The notes: generated by a model not told the origin, from the letters alone. A DNA stretch of 63,160 nucleotides, filler included, from Lenisia limosa (GCA_001655205.1; 5 parts of 5 records of this genome joined end to end with filler, not necessarily neighbours in it), one strand, 5' to 3'. Positions 47,825 to 61,690 are shown, counted from the whole stretch's first letter. A program made the numbers and translations.

Positions 47825-50800
47825 TTATATCATATATATAAAAGAAAAAGAAAGAAAATAGAACGTGATAGGTGTGCGATAGAACGAATGAAAGGTTCCT
47901 ACCATCACAAGGTGGCTTTCCTTATTACTAATTAATCTTAACCCAAAATAGCACAATCTTCGTCTTCAGCAGAGTCGGAGCCAAGCAGAAAAGTCTAAAA
48001 ATCACATCATTAGGTATTGGGATGGTGTACTTTGGACTCGCTGACCTTAGTGTGGTCAACCGCAAGGTTGTGAGATATCACATTGGCCAGCGCCAAAACA
48101 CGTCGGAGACACGCCCAATTATTGATTCCATCGACTGCAGTGCCAAGGCGCTTGACCCTCTCATATGCTTTTAGGCTTTATTTATGGAGGTTTACTCTTA
48201 TGCTGTCTCCATTTAGCTGTATAATAATTATGAACAGGGTTCCGTTCAAATTGTGGAGGACCTCTTCACGGAGCACCGGCATCTATATATCTAATATCTA
48301 TATATGACTGATATGTACTTGATGTCTGGTTTTTATGAGTTTAAGTTTATAAGTAATTCGAAAAGCCTTTGGAGATAGACCGATCCTGAAAAATCTTGGG
48401 TGATCCTGGGTTTTCAGGATTGCCAAAATCCTGGGTCCTGGAGTCCCCTGGATTAAGGTGGTGGCATGGAGTAGTAGAGGAGGTCTGGGGCTGACAACCT
48501 GTCTTTTCAGAGCTAGGTTCGCGATTTGAAGTTAACGTATATAATAAGGTATTCAAAAGCGCAACGAGAGCTGTAAATACGGCAAAGTTAGTGTCGCGGT
48601 GTCACCTAGGAAGTCGACTAGGTGTACTCTGACTCTCTAAGGCTTTAGAACTTTGTCTTAAACTGCTAAAACGCGACCCAAGAAAACCGGCAAAAAGAGG
48701 GCAAAAGTAGCTAAAAGTCTGCCTTTTCCTTTTCTCTATTCACCTACTGTAGGCCACAAATATGCCGGAAACAATTCCAAGGTCTCAGGGACGATATGGT
48801 AATGACTAACCTCCAGCCTTACACATTGTCTCCCATCTCTTGATAGGCACAGAATATTGGTTTAGTGGTCTATCTCACCGCTACTCCCGACCACAAGGAT
48901 GATGTCTCCGACAACCTCTTCCTAATTTCCTTTTTTGATAGTCCCAACATAGATTCAGGTATGCCACTTTTCAGTTTCTCGATTTTTCTTACATTTCCAG
49001 TCTTACCACCAAAATGGGCTGGGGCTCCAATTGCATTCATTCGAAGTGAGGTTTGATTCTTTTGGCACCTGGGAATGTCAGATGGAATTTTCCAGGGTCC
49101 CAGCTGTAAGCCAAACCGTTGGCCCTTAGTAGGTATCCATTTTACCAGAGGTAGTCCAGGACATTCCAACATTACCTTATGGATAATCTAGTTGCTGGCC
49201 GGAGCTTTAGATCTTGCGTTCCACGCCTGGACAATTACTCTAGATTCACAAGCCACTAAAACTGGTTTTTTATTAGTGTTATTGTTAGTGAATTTTCCAC
49301 CCCAAGCATTCACAACAGTTAGTATAGCAAGTCCTTCTTTGACATTGATATGGTTATCATTTTGTTCGGTGTCATTTAGCCTGTAAGCGAACCACGCTGA
49401 GGGGTTTTTATCACTGCCTATGAGTACCCCAGCTTGTCTTTGGAAGATGCGTCGGTGGCTATATCTACCAAGCCCTGCTCAGTGATAGATTCCATCCCTT
49501 TAGTTACGGTGCTGTGGGTGTGGATGTGGACACAATTCCTTTAAATGAATGACTATGGACCCAAGAATCAACATTGAGCTTCTGCGAGCCAGCTGTCCAA
49601 CATAAGTACGACTCTCCATTCGGCCTCAATACAGGTACAATTTTCTTTTATTCTTGTATTTCCGTATCACATTGAAAACACGTATTATTCAGCATGTTGT
49701 GATTGGATGTGTTTTAGCTTGGATATAAAAGAAGAAATGTTGAGCTAAGTCAAAAGAACGCCATTAGGCAGTAAGGTAGCATACCCCGTTCTATCGTGTA
49801 TACACGTCCTCCATTGGACTGCAGCGGTCTTGAACCTAGTAGAAAACGCGTTTTTCAGCATAGTTTTTAGTCACCGTTTTCTTTATTTGATTGAGTCAAA
49901 ATATTGAAGATTACACAACTCATGAATCAAATGGAAAAAAACCTACATTACTTTCAGGCAGCTATTCAACAGTAAAGAAACATAAAAAAAAAAAACCCCA
50001 ACACAGTCACTTAGCAATACGCATGACCATGGTCGCTCTTACAGCTAAGATATTACAGAGGGTAAGCATCGTAGCATGATGGACTTGCAAAATTAACTAA
50101 ATATGGTCTTCAGTGTACGTGATTGAAGCGTTAAACGCAGTTACATGATCTTTGTAATTGAAACTATAAAAAATAACTTCAAGATTTTCCCCGAATATTT
50201 GAAGAAACCGTATGCTTATAGTAGGGAGCATCTGGCACCAAAATCATCGAACAAACTCGCTCCCAAGTAAGTAAAAGTAATTCCAAATGATTCTAAAACT
50301 ACAATAATAGCTTACATGCAGGGACTGATACAAACATGTATAATCTATACATATAATATGAATATTATTTGTATAATAATAAATAAATTTGAAATCATAT
50401 GTGTTTCCGAGGGTATATGGCATTCCAGGGTTTCTGCGGTTGTTTTAAGGAGGTTCGGAGGGACGAACAAGACATAGCCGAGTGAGAACCGAGGAACTTC
50501 CGCAAAACAACCAAGGAAATCTCGAATGCCATATCTCCGAGGGTCTGCGTGGAGGGGATTTGAGCTATCAAGCACTGCAGAGAACAATAAAGAAGAGAAG
50601 AATAAAGGAGGCACCCAGCAACTTTTAGAATACCCTTGAGAAGATCCTTGAAAAGCTCCAGTCGATCATCCTCAAAAGAAACTCTCTAAATGTTAAGGCT
50701 GAGATCAGGGGGTTTTAACCAACCAATCATCTTGAGCTGTCTTCTAAAATGATTTGCACTCAAAAAGAAGGGACGTTGAGAGGAGACACACCTTCGACAG

Positions 50801-51449
50801 ATCAGGAAGAAACTGATCACCCCAAAACTTCTTAAAACTGATATTTCTCTTGATAAGAAAGCTTAATAAGCGTCTAAGAAGCAGTCGTAGACTGCAAGTT
50901 TCCAGCATTCAGCAGTATGAGAGGAAATCCTTCTTTTTGACAAGTAAAGAACCTATTAAAGCCAACATGGTAAATAAGATCTTGCTCCAAAAAATGCCAG
51001 TTCAACTTAAGGCAGTAAGAGGATCCAATGAGGAAAACCATCTCTTAACTTTAGAAACAGAAAAAGGAACAAAAAAAAACAAAAAAACAATAAATACTGC
51101 ATCACTTTACATTAGTTACATTATGTTGAATCCTTTTTAAGTGGCAACAACATTAATTTCTGCCATTTTCTTCTCTCTGTCTGAACAACGCTAAATATGA
51201 CTATTCTTTAAAACAAGTGAGGAACAATGAGTCAAAATATGTCATATATCCTCTTCCCGCGGGTAAATTAATATGATAAATGTCAAATTTTATGTTCCCG
51301 CGGGTAAAAAAGTATGATGAATGTCGTATTTTCTAATCATATTCATCATATAGTCTATGACATTCCGATGACGTGTCACCCCATATCCCCCACCCTTCTT
51401 ACCCAAAACGAAACATATGACTTTCTCATTTTCCCGAGAGAAAATCTTC

Positions 51450-52030
51450 AGCCCACAGGCTACAATAACCTCGATGACTTTCGTCTTCCACACCGACAAG
51501 ATCATCTCATTCAAGAACATGGACCGTCAAGAAGGTGCCAAGGACTCTGCTAACATCGCCAGCTCTCCGCTAAGGGTCTTGACGCTCTCGGAGCAGAACT
51601 GTGCTTCGTTGACCTTGTGGACTACGGCTTTCGTCCATGCGCTTTCGTAAGTTTCGTGAATTATGTGTTCAGATTTTGTATTTGTGGGGTGTTGACCCCT
51701 TGTAGCTTCATGACAATGACTCCAGTTCTTGCGCTGACGGTGAGGCTATTGCCCGTACCGTCTACCAACGAGAAGGGCATCACTAATGTTGCTGACCTCC
51801 AGGAGCTTCTCTGTCTCCAGCATGGTGCTCAACATCAAGAAGGCCGCCGTCATCCTCCTCAAGAATAAAGAAGAAGATACGGCCTTCCAGCCCATTCGGA
51901 ATATTACGCCGAGCTGGCCTCCTTACTTGGTTGGTTGCTTCTGCTTTGTGGTCGTCATCTCACATTCAGGACACAAGAGCCTTCAGACCCATGCGTATTT
52001 CTGTCAGTATGATGTTCCTGAACTTGGTGA
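51450..52030 (+). pseudogene. Unidentified frameshifted two-exon pseudogene
   Basis: Host-like C-ending codons hop between frames: FVFHTDKIISFKNMDRQEGAKDSANIA / QLSAKGLDALGAELCFVDLVDYGFRPCAF|LHDNDSSSCADGEAIARTVY / NEKGITNVADLQE / FSVSSMVLNIKKAAVILLKN. GT-AG intron at ~51648-51706. Confidence 0.45.
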
Positions 52031-53329
52031 GTATTTGTTTGCATTTTTTTTGGAGAAGTGACAGTCACCAGTTATTCACCTTTTAATTGTTTACCTTGTT
52101 AGAGCGTATTGTTGGCACCAAGAACCTTGCTCATCCCTGATCTAATATACCTCCATGCCATGGTCTTCTACCACACTCAACCAACGAGCAACCAACCCAA
52201 AACCAACCAACCAACCTTTTTGGGTTGGACACAATGAAATGATGGACTGCAACAGGATTGAACAATTTGAAAATAAAGGAATGTTGTTTCTCTAAATAGC
52301 ACTTGTTTTTATATTTATCAGCAAACTGCTCCATCTTTTATAAAAAAGAGAATTAACTTGCTGTTTTTGAATTTTCAAATCTAAAACCCTCTGTCGTTCA
52401 GATATTGCAATAATTGAAAGTGCATCTGAGTCAATCAATGTTACAACAAGCGAAAACAGTGTCAATGAGGCTGTTAACCTTTGAAGCAAATTTTCTGGAA
52501 CCAACCATCATAATTACAGTAAAAAAAAAAAAACAAGAACATGCTGCTTTGAAGTCGACCTTTTTGGATTTAACATGATATTTCCTTTTTTGTGCGGCGT
52601 TTTAAGAATTCTTGACTTTCTTTATTAATTTTGGAATCAACTTTGACAGCGCCACATCTTTCACCTCGAAGTAGTTTTGCTGTAGCTGACCTCTTGAGTC
52701 ACAATCAATTGGAGAAGAAAAAGAACAGTCACCAAAACAGAAGACACTGCTGAGTGAAACCCTGTTTTTGAAATTACAAAACATTTCCGTCAAAAGCCAA
52801 GGCCTTGCTTCTTGCTTGCCCAAGCCTTCCCAAACCTCAGGCCAACCTCAAGCAACCTTGCGTCTAATGGACTTATGTATTTTCACTGCAAGAATTTTTC
52901 AGTCGAATTCGGCGATTTTCCAGGACTGACCCCCCCATATAGAGGGCCTTGGACCAGTATAAAAATTGGCTTATTTGGGTGATTGGCCATGTTGCTTCAA
53001 GAAAAAGTTCAGCGGAATTTATTATGATGTATAAACATTACGAGAAATTTGAAAAACGGTGGTAGTAGGAAATTTTGATTTTTTTTGTGGTGCAATCATT
53101 GTTGGAAGGCAATCTGGGAAGTGAAGCAGATGCGTCGAATTACCCATGGTTTGATATAAATATATCATATGATAATAATACTAATTTAGAATGAAGGTAG
53201 ACGAGAGTTCACTGGGCTTCTCATTTTAGCGAACTGGGGTTCATGGCTTGCGTAAAGCCCCGTCTGTATGTTGGTTTTATTTGATTTACATTAATAAATT
53301 TTGTTGATGATGATTTTGATGATAAAAGT

Positions 53330-54420
53330 TGTTGCCTGGCACTACTTCTTGGCTTCGACTCTTGATCATGGTTTCATTCATTTTGAGAGTCCTCAGGTCA
53401 GCGTTCACGTGGGCGTGGTGGTGTTGGTCACCAACCTGGAGTGTAAACAATGATATCGAATAGTGTTACGTATAAAAGATATTGTTTTTATAAATTCCAA
53501 AAAGCAAACCTGGAGGATGTGTGAGGTGAATGCAGGCTCCACAGAATGAAGCCGAAGAGGTAGAATATGAGGCTCATCATCTGGGTATGTCACAGTAAGA
53601 TATCACAATTCATCACCATCAGAGCCCGTGCTGCATCCAAGACATCAATGAGCATTGGCAGCTTATATGCGAACGGCTCTTTCGATCCACGATGTGCCTA
53701 CCGGAAGATTATCAACAAAAGCTCCACTCCATTCATATAAGCACACAAAAAAGAGCTACCCCAAACATCTGAAAACTAACTTTTAGCGACGTTTCAGCGA
53801 GCTTCTTGAGGAGATCANNNNNNNNNNAAGCTAAAAAAAATGAATAAAGAATACTAAATATACAATCCAGATAAGCATATTCTTTTCTCACCCTTCTCGC
53901 CCGAGTGACACAGTCATCGCTTGAAGAAAGAAGGCCTTCTGTCTGGAGGAGTCACGGTGCATCATGCATGCAATTCGGCAACAGGTGCGGAGGTACTTAA
54001 ACCTAACGTATCTGTTTGTATGATAATACAAATATTATAATCACTAAGATATGAATTACTACATGAATATTACGCGCTATATTATTGATTCCGGATATTG
54101 CCTGCACTCAGCTCATAATCCGCTACGACACTCCCCAGCAGCCTCGTGGATGGAACGTCCAGTCGCACAATGGCTTCATCAACTACCTCACGCACTTTGA
54201 GAAGGTGGGCCTATGCTGGGCTGCCCTTACGGCTGAACTGGAGACATGAGGAATCTCACGTCTACTTCTTGCCCTGATAACTCTATTTCTTGCCCTGATA
54301 ACACTATTTCTTACCTTGTGACAGAAGACAGCCGATCAGGTGGGCTATGGCGCCAGGGTATCAGCACATGGTGCGTGGCTGAGTGTGACCTTCACCAGCG
54401 ACATCGTTGAAAAGTTATAT
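53330..54420 (+). other. Exon-like fragments of an unidentified gene or pseudogene
   Basis: GC-richer blocks bounded by AG/GT, e.g. WHYFLASTLDHGFIHFESPQ|, IIRYDTPQQPRGWNVQSHNGFINYLTHFEK|, KTADQVGYGARVSAHGAWLSVTFTSDIVE. No family recognised. Confidence 0.3.
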
Positions 54421-54549
54421 TTTATTGATATTCTGTGCTGGTATCTTTCCCCCTTTCACTCTTCCTTCAAACTGATATAATGATCATTATTCAAGCCATT
54501 TACGTCCCCTTATAAAAACTTATATGCCCAAGGATGGTGAGACGCAGGA

Positions 54550-56084
54550 CTGTACTAATGAGTCAAACACGGAATGACTAGAATGAGTGCTATAACATGA
54601 GCGTCACCGCAAGCTTGTATTGGGAACACTGTTAAGTAAAGATAAACTCAAGAACATATCCAGCCAATTACCACTTTAAGATCAAGCGTTCAATGTTGGC
54701 GATAAGGACAAGGGATGTTCTGATCATTTTGTCCAAAAAATAACACTGAGTTTGGTTTCAAAACCATCTCCCTCGCGGTTGATATTGTTGCTGTTGACGG
54801 ATACATTCTCGCTATAATATTGTAGACGCATTATTTTCTGCGTTCTCAAGCTCGGTTACCCTTGCTGCCTTTATCAAATACAAGCTCAAAATTGATGTCA
54901 AAATTTTGGAAAATGATAAACAAAGAGAAGATGCAAAATTCTTATTTCGACAAAATTCAATAAAAATTGCTAAAAAAAACGACAATTTTCTACTTTATTA
55001 TAATTTCCGAAGAGGCAATGAATGAAATCTTTCAGAGACTAATTTTGAACTGAGCTACGTGGTCACCCAATTTCCTTTTAGTCTTTTTGAAAAAAAACCC
55101 CTTTTAAAGTTAATAAAAAAGTTGTTTTACAGCATTGTTATTGAGGTGTCCTTCATTTGGAATTACAACACAAGAACAAAGCCCATGAACAAATAGTTTA
55201 ATTTCTTTCATTCAATCACTCATTTAACCTCTCTAAAGCTGTCAGCAGGAAACAAAAATGACCCACTGTCCCGGAAATGTGGTTTTAATCCCAGGATGGT
55301 GAGATTTTTTCTTTAATTCCCCTCAGCAAGTCTTTGGGGCTGCGTGTTCTGCTTCTTGCAGCCGGTCTCTCCGCACTTATGCAGGTTTTGGACCCGATTT
55401 CTGTTCAGAGTGCATTTGAGTGATCTTTGCCAAACACTACTTCTGATGACCCACGTGTTGCGATTAGACCTGGTTCCTGGTGTGACCGATTCTGACAAAC
55501 CTCTATCTCCACTGAAGCGGAAGCCTTTNNNNNNNNNNTGATTGTCTGTACATATAAGGAAGGCACTACACAAGGAGACAATAGCAAAACTGCTGTTTTA
55601 CTGAATATTGCGCAATCACTTGTGAGTAAGCCGACTACAAAATGCGGAAGCATTACGGTCTTCTACCTTGGCACAACAGCCCGTTGGATTTTGATCAATT
55701 TTGGCAGACCATTATCCCCTGAACTTGGCCCTGGTCGAACTTCAATTGATGTTGTTGAGACTGCAGAAGACTTTGACAAACGCCGTCTTGAAGTTGCAGC
55801 TGAAATTGCAAAGGCGCGTAGATAAGAGAAAGCTAGGATGGATGGAGAAGGAAAAGAATGATGAAGGAGCACGTGGACGCGGACGTGCCTGCTATGTCTA
55901 ATTTTGTGTTGTTTCTACTCTGAGTATGACTTAATAATAACTGAATATATTTGAAGGACAAAATGGTGGTTTACATTCATGTACTGCTTGCTTTTTTTGC
56001 ATATTCCCTAAAGTCAGCTCTTCTGTGATCGCACTCATACTGGTGATCGCACTCACACTTGAGATCTCACTCAGACTAGGGGAC
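54550..56084 (+). mobile_element. Second, more decayed copy of the pogo-like element
   Basis: 55030-55080 matches 46140-46190. VVETAEDFDKRRLEVAAEIAK matches IVETAEEHDKRRLQVAAEIVK. The right end TGATCGCACTCATACTGGTGATCGCACTCA...CAGACTAGGGGAC matches 47785-47824. The left boundary is approximate. Confidence 0.75.
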
Positions 56085-57781
56085 TTATATTTTTTGATAG
56101 CGAGAAGGTTAAACAACTTATCTGTGATGGTTTGATCTGTTCCATTTACTTTTGATCTACTAAACGTTTCTTGAATTTGATACCCGTTCTTTTCTATGTA
56201 CCAAATAGCTGCCACTATTCTGCAATCTTTGAGATGACATGGATAACTTTAGCTTACTAGAAAGACCTCGACAAGTTAGGAAGCATTAAAGTGTATTCGA
56301 AATAACGTACACTATGAGATTGATGTTTGTGTACATTGTCATATTGTTTTTCAAAAAGAACATATGATATCATTATTCAGAAACATAGAAAACAAGAAAA
56401 CGAATAACATGAAAATGAATAACAGGAACATAGATAATAGAAACATATCATATAGATAACAGAGAAAGGTTGGGAACGGAGAGAGCAGAGTTGACAGCGA
56501 GTTCATGCTGAAGTGGGAAATTGTGGGCGAATGATGTTGGTGGTGGTTGAACTGCAAGNNNNNNNNNNCTTGTTCTTAGCATATTCCTCCTGTATATGTT
56601 CCTCAAGCCTTTCTACAAAAGTGACGTCAATATCAGACTTAAGAGCCATTTCGTGCCGACTCCACATTTCAAATTTCCTATAATCAACAAAGGATGATGG
56701 TGAACATTCGGTTGTGTCAGGTGGTGGTGGCGGTGGTGGTGGAAATGAAGACGGAATCTCATCCTTGAAGAAGGAAAGCTGCGCAGCATTACAATTTTGG
56801 CAATTATACCTTCCGGCTTCCGCAACATTAAGGTATGCTGAAGACCTTGGTGGGGCTTCTCACGTTGGTGGTGTCACACGATGGCCGCCTTTAGTGTGGG
56901 TTGTACATACTTCATCCTTTTGTCATTGAGTCCCAAGCAGGGAGGTAGGAGTTGGTTGGATGTAAGGTGGAAGGCATTTAATCCTAACGATTGAGGTGGG
57001 GTACAAATGTCGGAGTCATATGTGGTAACTATTTACGGAGGTTCTGATTCAAAAACACATGCAAATTTTCCTTAAGGAAGCAGCACAAAGGCTAAAATGT
57101 CAATACCCTTCTAAATATTCTGAGTAGAAAGAAAAGAAAAAGAAAACCGAATAGGATAAATTCAGTTTCCTGCGATTATTATTGCTGACAAGTCAGTAGT
57201 TCTACTAATAAGTAATAGATTCATACCAAAGTGTTCACAGGTCTTTGTAACAGGTGCTTCTTTTGCTGTTCTTGCAATAGTAACATTTGAGCCTCCAAGC
57301 GTCGTCATACTTTGAATCAAATCATTCGAGGCAAAGAGACACACCTTGTTAGAGTTCTGGAGCGAGAGTGTTCTAAATGCCTCTTCCTCTCACGCTTTTT
57401 TCAAGCATGACGTTCTTCTTCTGTTGCTTTCCTTTCTTCTCTATTTCTTCTTCTTTCCTTTCTTTCCTATGAACCCGGCATTCTTTGAACTAAAGTGAAG
57501 ATTAGAGGCATCATCATATCACTTTTGGCCACAGGCTTGAATATTCCTTCTCCTCCACATAGTGATATAATATCTCATTTTTAACTCAATAAACCGACAA
57601 GTCTCAATAGGTCCTCGTACACCTTCCCTCATTCACCATTTCGACTCAAAAGGACAAAAAAAGAAAACAAATGTGCCAATTGTCTAAGCCACAAGAAATA
57701 TGACTGATTTTTGAGAGAGAATGCCATAATTATTACANNNNNNNNNNNNNNNNNNNNNNNNNNNNNNNNNNNNNNNNNNNN

Positions 57782-57793
57782 TTAATTAATTAA
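57782..57793. other. Artificial scaffold-joining linker
   Basis: TTAATTAATTAA inside an N run. Confidence 0.9.
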
Positions 57794-57928
57794 NNNNNNN
57801 NNNNNNNNNNNNNNNNNNNNNNNNNNNNNNNNNNNNNAAACTAAAAAAAAAGAGAACAAAGTAGCCCTTACGGTGCAAGAACAAGGTAGCCCTTACGTCT
57901 CAAGAGTAAAAGAACAGTACCCCCTTAC

Positions 57929-60900
57929 GGTTCGAGAGTAGAAGAACAACCTGCTGTCGAAGTCCACACAGGAGGGGTTTCGAGCGAGGAACTTATCCAA
58001 TACAGCCGTTCGATCCAAACTCCACAGCGGCTTGTAACGCCGCCAGTTCTCAAGGTACCTGGCGGAGTTAATTGCAAAATTTATGAAACAAAAAAAAAAT
58101 CAAATCAACTCTGTTGGCTGACAACACACAAAGGCTGATAACAACAAAACANNNNNNNNNNNNNNNNNNNNNNNNNNNNNNNNNNNNNNNNNNNNNNNNN
58201 NNNNNNNNNNNNNNNNNNNNNNNNNNNNNNNNNNNNNNNNNNNNNNNNNNNNNNNNNNNNNNNNNNNNNNNNNNNNNNNNNNNNTGGTGAATGGGGGGGT
58301 AAAACGAAGAAAATTTTGATAAAGAATATTCGCGTAAAGGTAATCACGAACCGAATAATCTGAAACTCCAAACAGACAAAAGGACCAAAAAGACATCCCA
58401 CCTGGTAACTCCTGAGAAGGTCTTTTGCACATATTGGTTCAGGATCAGCATCATTTCAATGACTGGATGGTGAGTGTGGGTTCAGAGCTCGGAGAAAAAC
58501 TCCGACAAAGTAGGGGAAACAATGACTAAGATAAAGGAGATAACTGATTAACAGGATGAACAGAAGAACAAGAACAAGAACAAGNNNNNNNNNNNNNNNN
58601 NNNNNNNNNNNNNNNNNNNNNNNNNNNNNNNNNNNNNNNNNNNNNNNNNNNNNNNNNNNNNNNNNNNNNNNNNNNNNNAAGAAGAAGAAGCCGCGCCCAC
58701 TCTGGTGGTTGGTGCTGACGTCATCATAGAATGAGAAGATAGCTGGGTCGCCACCATCAGGAGGGTGGATGGCTGCTGTTTCTAGGCACGTGCCACGCAT
58801 CCACCGGGGGAAGTCCCGGGTGCCTTCAACAAGAGCCTTGACAAGTCGTCCAAGAGTCTGCCAAGGTAAAACAGGAAATAACGGGGAAATGCAGACAATA
58901 CACTATATAAATACATGGGTACAGACCTTATGGACATCTGGGAAGTTGGGCCGAATAACAATCTCAGGAACGGACAGCGACGCTGACACCTGGAGGATGA
59001 CACAACCAAAACAGGGTATAATCCCATTCTATCTGAACAGTGGCGCACCTTGAAAAGAGGAGGGAACATTACAGAGCCGTCACTGTTCCTCTTCCCCGAG
59101 GCTGCTAAAAGCTCCTGCGAGGGGGTGAGGGGAATGGAGCCAAGTAAATGTAGTTATATATGAACATGTGCAAGAATGTAAATGCATTATATAAACATGT
59201 CAAAAATGGCGCGTGCCCACCTGGAAGGAACTCATTCCCCTGAGGATGGCCTTGGTGAGAGAGTCGAAGATGCGGCGCTCCCACAGCGAGTAATAGCTCT
59301 GCAGTCTCTGGCTCCTTCCGGTGGTGGTGGACGCTACCAACCCCTCAACCTTGGAGAGAAGCGGTCCCATCGTACGGTACTGCAAAATGTGAGTCAAGTT
59401 GCTCCAGAACAAAACCATCCAAGAAGGCTGTCCCATGAAAGTCCAAGAACCATCCAAGCAGGCTGTCCCATGAAAGCCCACCTTATGCACCATGGAGGCG
59501 TAGACTGTGGTAATTTCCTTCTCAAGCCGGTCCGCAAACTCGTTCAGTTCCGGCACCCCGTCGTTGTCGTCGTCAACCGCGGCGGGCGGCGTGGCCACTC
59601 CTTCAACTGCGGCTCCTGCTGGGTCAAAAAAAGGGGGGATTAAAACACAAAAAAAAACTCTTATCTCGTAATAATAGGGAGGAGCAAATGCGGGTGCAAA
59701 ACAACAAAACAAAAAACAAGACAAATGCGTTGTTTAAAGTATGCATTAAATCCTCCTGGTCAAAAGCCATGAGCTTAACTGAAAAAAAAGGTGTTTAGAA
59801 GACACAAAAAGGTAGGCAAACCAAATGAGGGGGGAGGGGGAGGGGTTGGCCTGCTCAGATTGTGCATTGGCTTGGGGGTCGGTAACGTGATCAGTCGAGA
59901 TGACGCAATGGAGTCGATTGCAGACTAATCGGTCAGATGTGTGGGAGTCCTTAAATTGTTTTTTGAGCAAGATAATATATTACATTAAACACAACATTAC
60001 TCCCCGAGGGCCTTCCTTATGGACCCCTGCCTACTTGGATAATAAGGCCCTGCTTGTGGACCTGGCTTGAGAGGGTGTTGAACTGCGACACCGCCCACGT
60101 GCACTAAACTGTTAGAAGAAATGTGGGGCAATCTGGAAAGTACACAGATCCCCCACTCTGGCAAGGAAGTCGGGAATAGCAAGGGACGTCCAGTTCAAGG
60201 AAGTCAAGCCTGGGGATTAGAGGTGGATATGGTGTCAAATTAAGAGACAGAAATCAAGCCCAACGCATACCAGGCTTAAGAACCTTCCTCAGATCAGAAA
60301 TCTGTGTTGAGAGCACAGTCGCTTCGTCAGGCGTGAGAGATGCCTGGAATCGTCAGAGGAGTGGGGGGGGGGGGGCNNNNNNNNNNNNNNNNNNNNNNNN
60401 NNNNNNNNNNNNNNNNNNNNNNNNNNNNNNNNNNNNNNNNNNNNNNNAACGGAGTCGTAGCTCTGCAGCATAACGGTCAGCTGACGGACATAACCGCGGA
60501 ACTTGTCGTCTTGGAGCGTCACGTTGAGCGCCACTTCGGGTAGAACAACGCCAAGTCTGGAGTGTGATTGAGATGTACTGTAAAAAAGGAAGAGGGCGAT
60601 ATTCACCGAGGGCAGCTCACCTGTCAAGATGTCTAGTCTCATGCACGAGGGCCTTGAGCTCGGGGCTGAAGTTGACACAAAGCGCACCGTCTTTCTCAAC
60701 AAGGATCGGAGTCTTCAGATGCGGCAGCGCGGAGGCGTCAACTGACTGATGCCACTGGGCCAAGGCATGCGTCTCAAAATCCTGGGGGGTCAAGCGATTC
60801 AATTGGGACTGAAAACAAGAGAGATAGTTCATAATAATGACTCATGGAGGGACAAACCTTCAGAGCACGGGCGACAGTGATGTACTTCCTCTTGACGGCT

Positions 60901-61690
60901 TCAGCTTCTTCGGACTGGGACAAGTCACTGCCCTTGACAAGAAGTACCATTGTGCGCTGTTTTGTCAAATGGTGGCAAAGTGATGGATAATGAGGATTAA
61001 TCACAAAAAAAGATGAAGCCCACTTTGATTCGATAGAAGAGACCACGTGACCAATAAACCGCTCCAGCAACGGGCGGGAGGTTGCGATATACTTTGGCCT
61101 GGGGGTCCGCCTGAGGGGGTAATGATCGCATATTCAAGGAATGTCGAAGGCGTTGCCAATAACAAAGGGGCAAACCTTGTTTTGCATAAAGATGTCGGCA
61201 ACAATGTCAATTTCCTTGCTGTATTGACGAAGGATGTCCTGGGGTGAGTAAACTCAACCAGAAGGTATCATTCAATTCGAAAAAAACAACAAAAACCACT
61301 CAACATACAGTGAATTTTCCTCTCATTTGCTGGTCAATTGACTCACGAGACTCAACATTCTAAAGAGTGAGAATGTGAGAGAATGGTGCTTATACGGACT
61401 AATCCAGAGATAAGTACGTAAATCACACCCCCCACTCTGAACTTCTGGAGCAGCAAGAAGGCGCCTTCAGCAGACCGAAGCTTCTTGAAAGACCCGTCAA
61501 TGAAGGACTGAGCCAGTTGGTCCACCTCAGCCACGGCGGCGTTGAAGGATGAGATCGCGGCCCCCCAGCTGGTCTGGTAGCGCTTGTCGAACAAGTCGAA
61601 AGGGATTGATTCGATGGGTGGTACGAGGCCCTCGGCCCGGGCTATGACCTCGTCAATGCGCTGACTGTCGCCGGTGATGGCCTTCAGCTC
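57929..61690 (-). CDS. DNAH10: Axonemal dynein heavy chain, DNAH10 / I1-alpha-like N-terminal tail (internal fragment)
   Basis: ELKAITGDSQRIDEVI...FIDGSFKKLRSAEGAFLLLQKF; DILRQYSKEIDIVADIF; PPVAGAVYWSRGLFYRIK; VNFSPELKALVHETRHLDR|LGVVLPEVALNV; GLTSLNWTSLAIPDF; MGPLLSKVEGLVASTTTGRSQRLQSYYSLWERRIF; YLENWRRYKPLWSLDR. Confidence 0.88.
58059..58401 (-). repeat. Dynein intron composed almost entirely of the two-part intron-end repeat family
   Basis: Exons join as GVT-R|YLENW. The intron reads GTGGGA..TGTTTGGAGTTTCAGATTATTCGGTTCGTGATTACCTTTACGCG...TTTTACCCCCCC..gap..CAACAGAGTTGATTTG..GTTTCATAAATTTTGCAATTAACTCCGCCAG. Confidence 0.75.

Noticed and set aside
48350-51140. Possible decayed non-LTR retrotransposon
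   Set aside because: No diagnostic endonuclease or RT motif could be read, and the fragment order is incoherent.
57162-57480. EAPVTKTCEHFG resembles a TnpB/Fanzor zinc-ribbon start
   Set aside because: The second Cys and all RuvC motifs are missing. The similarity is too short to support.
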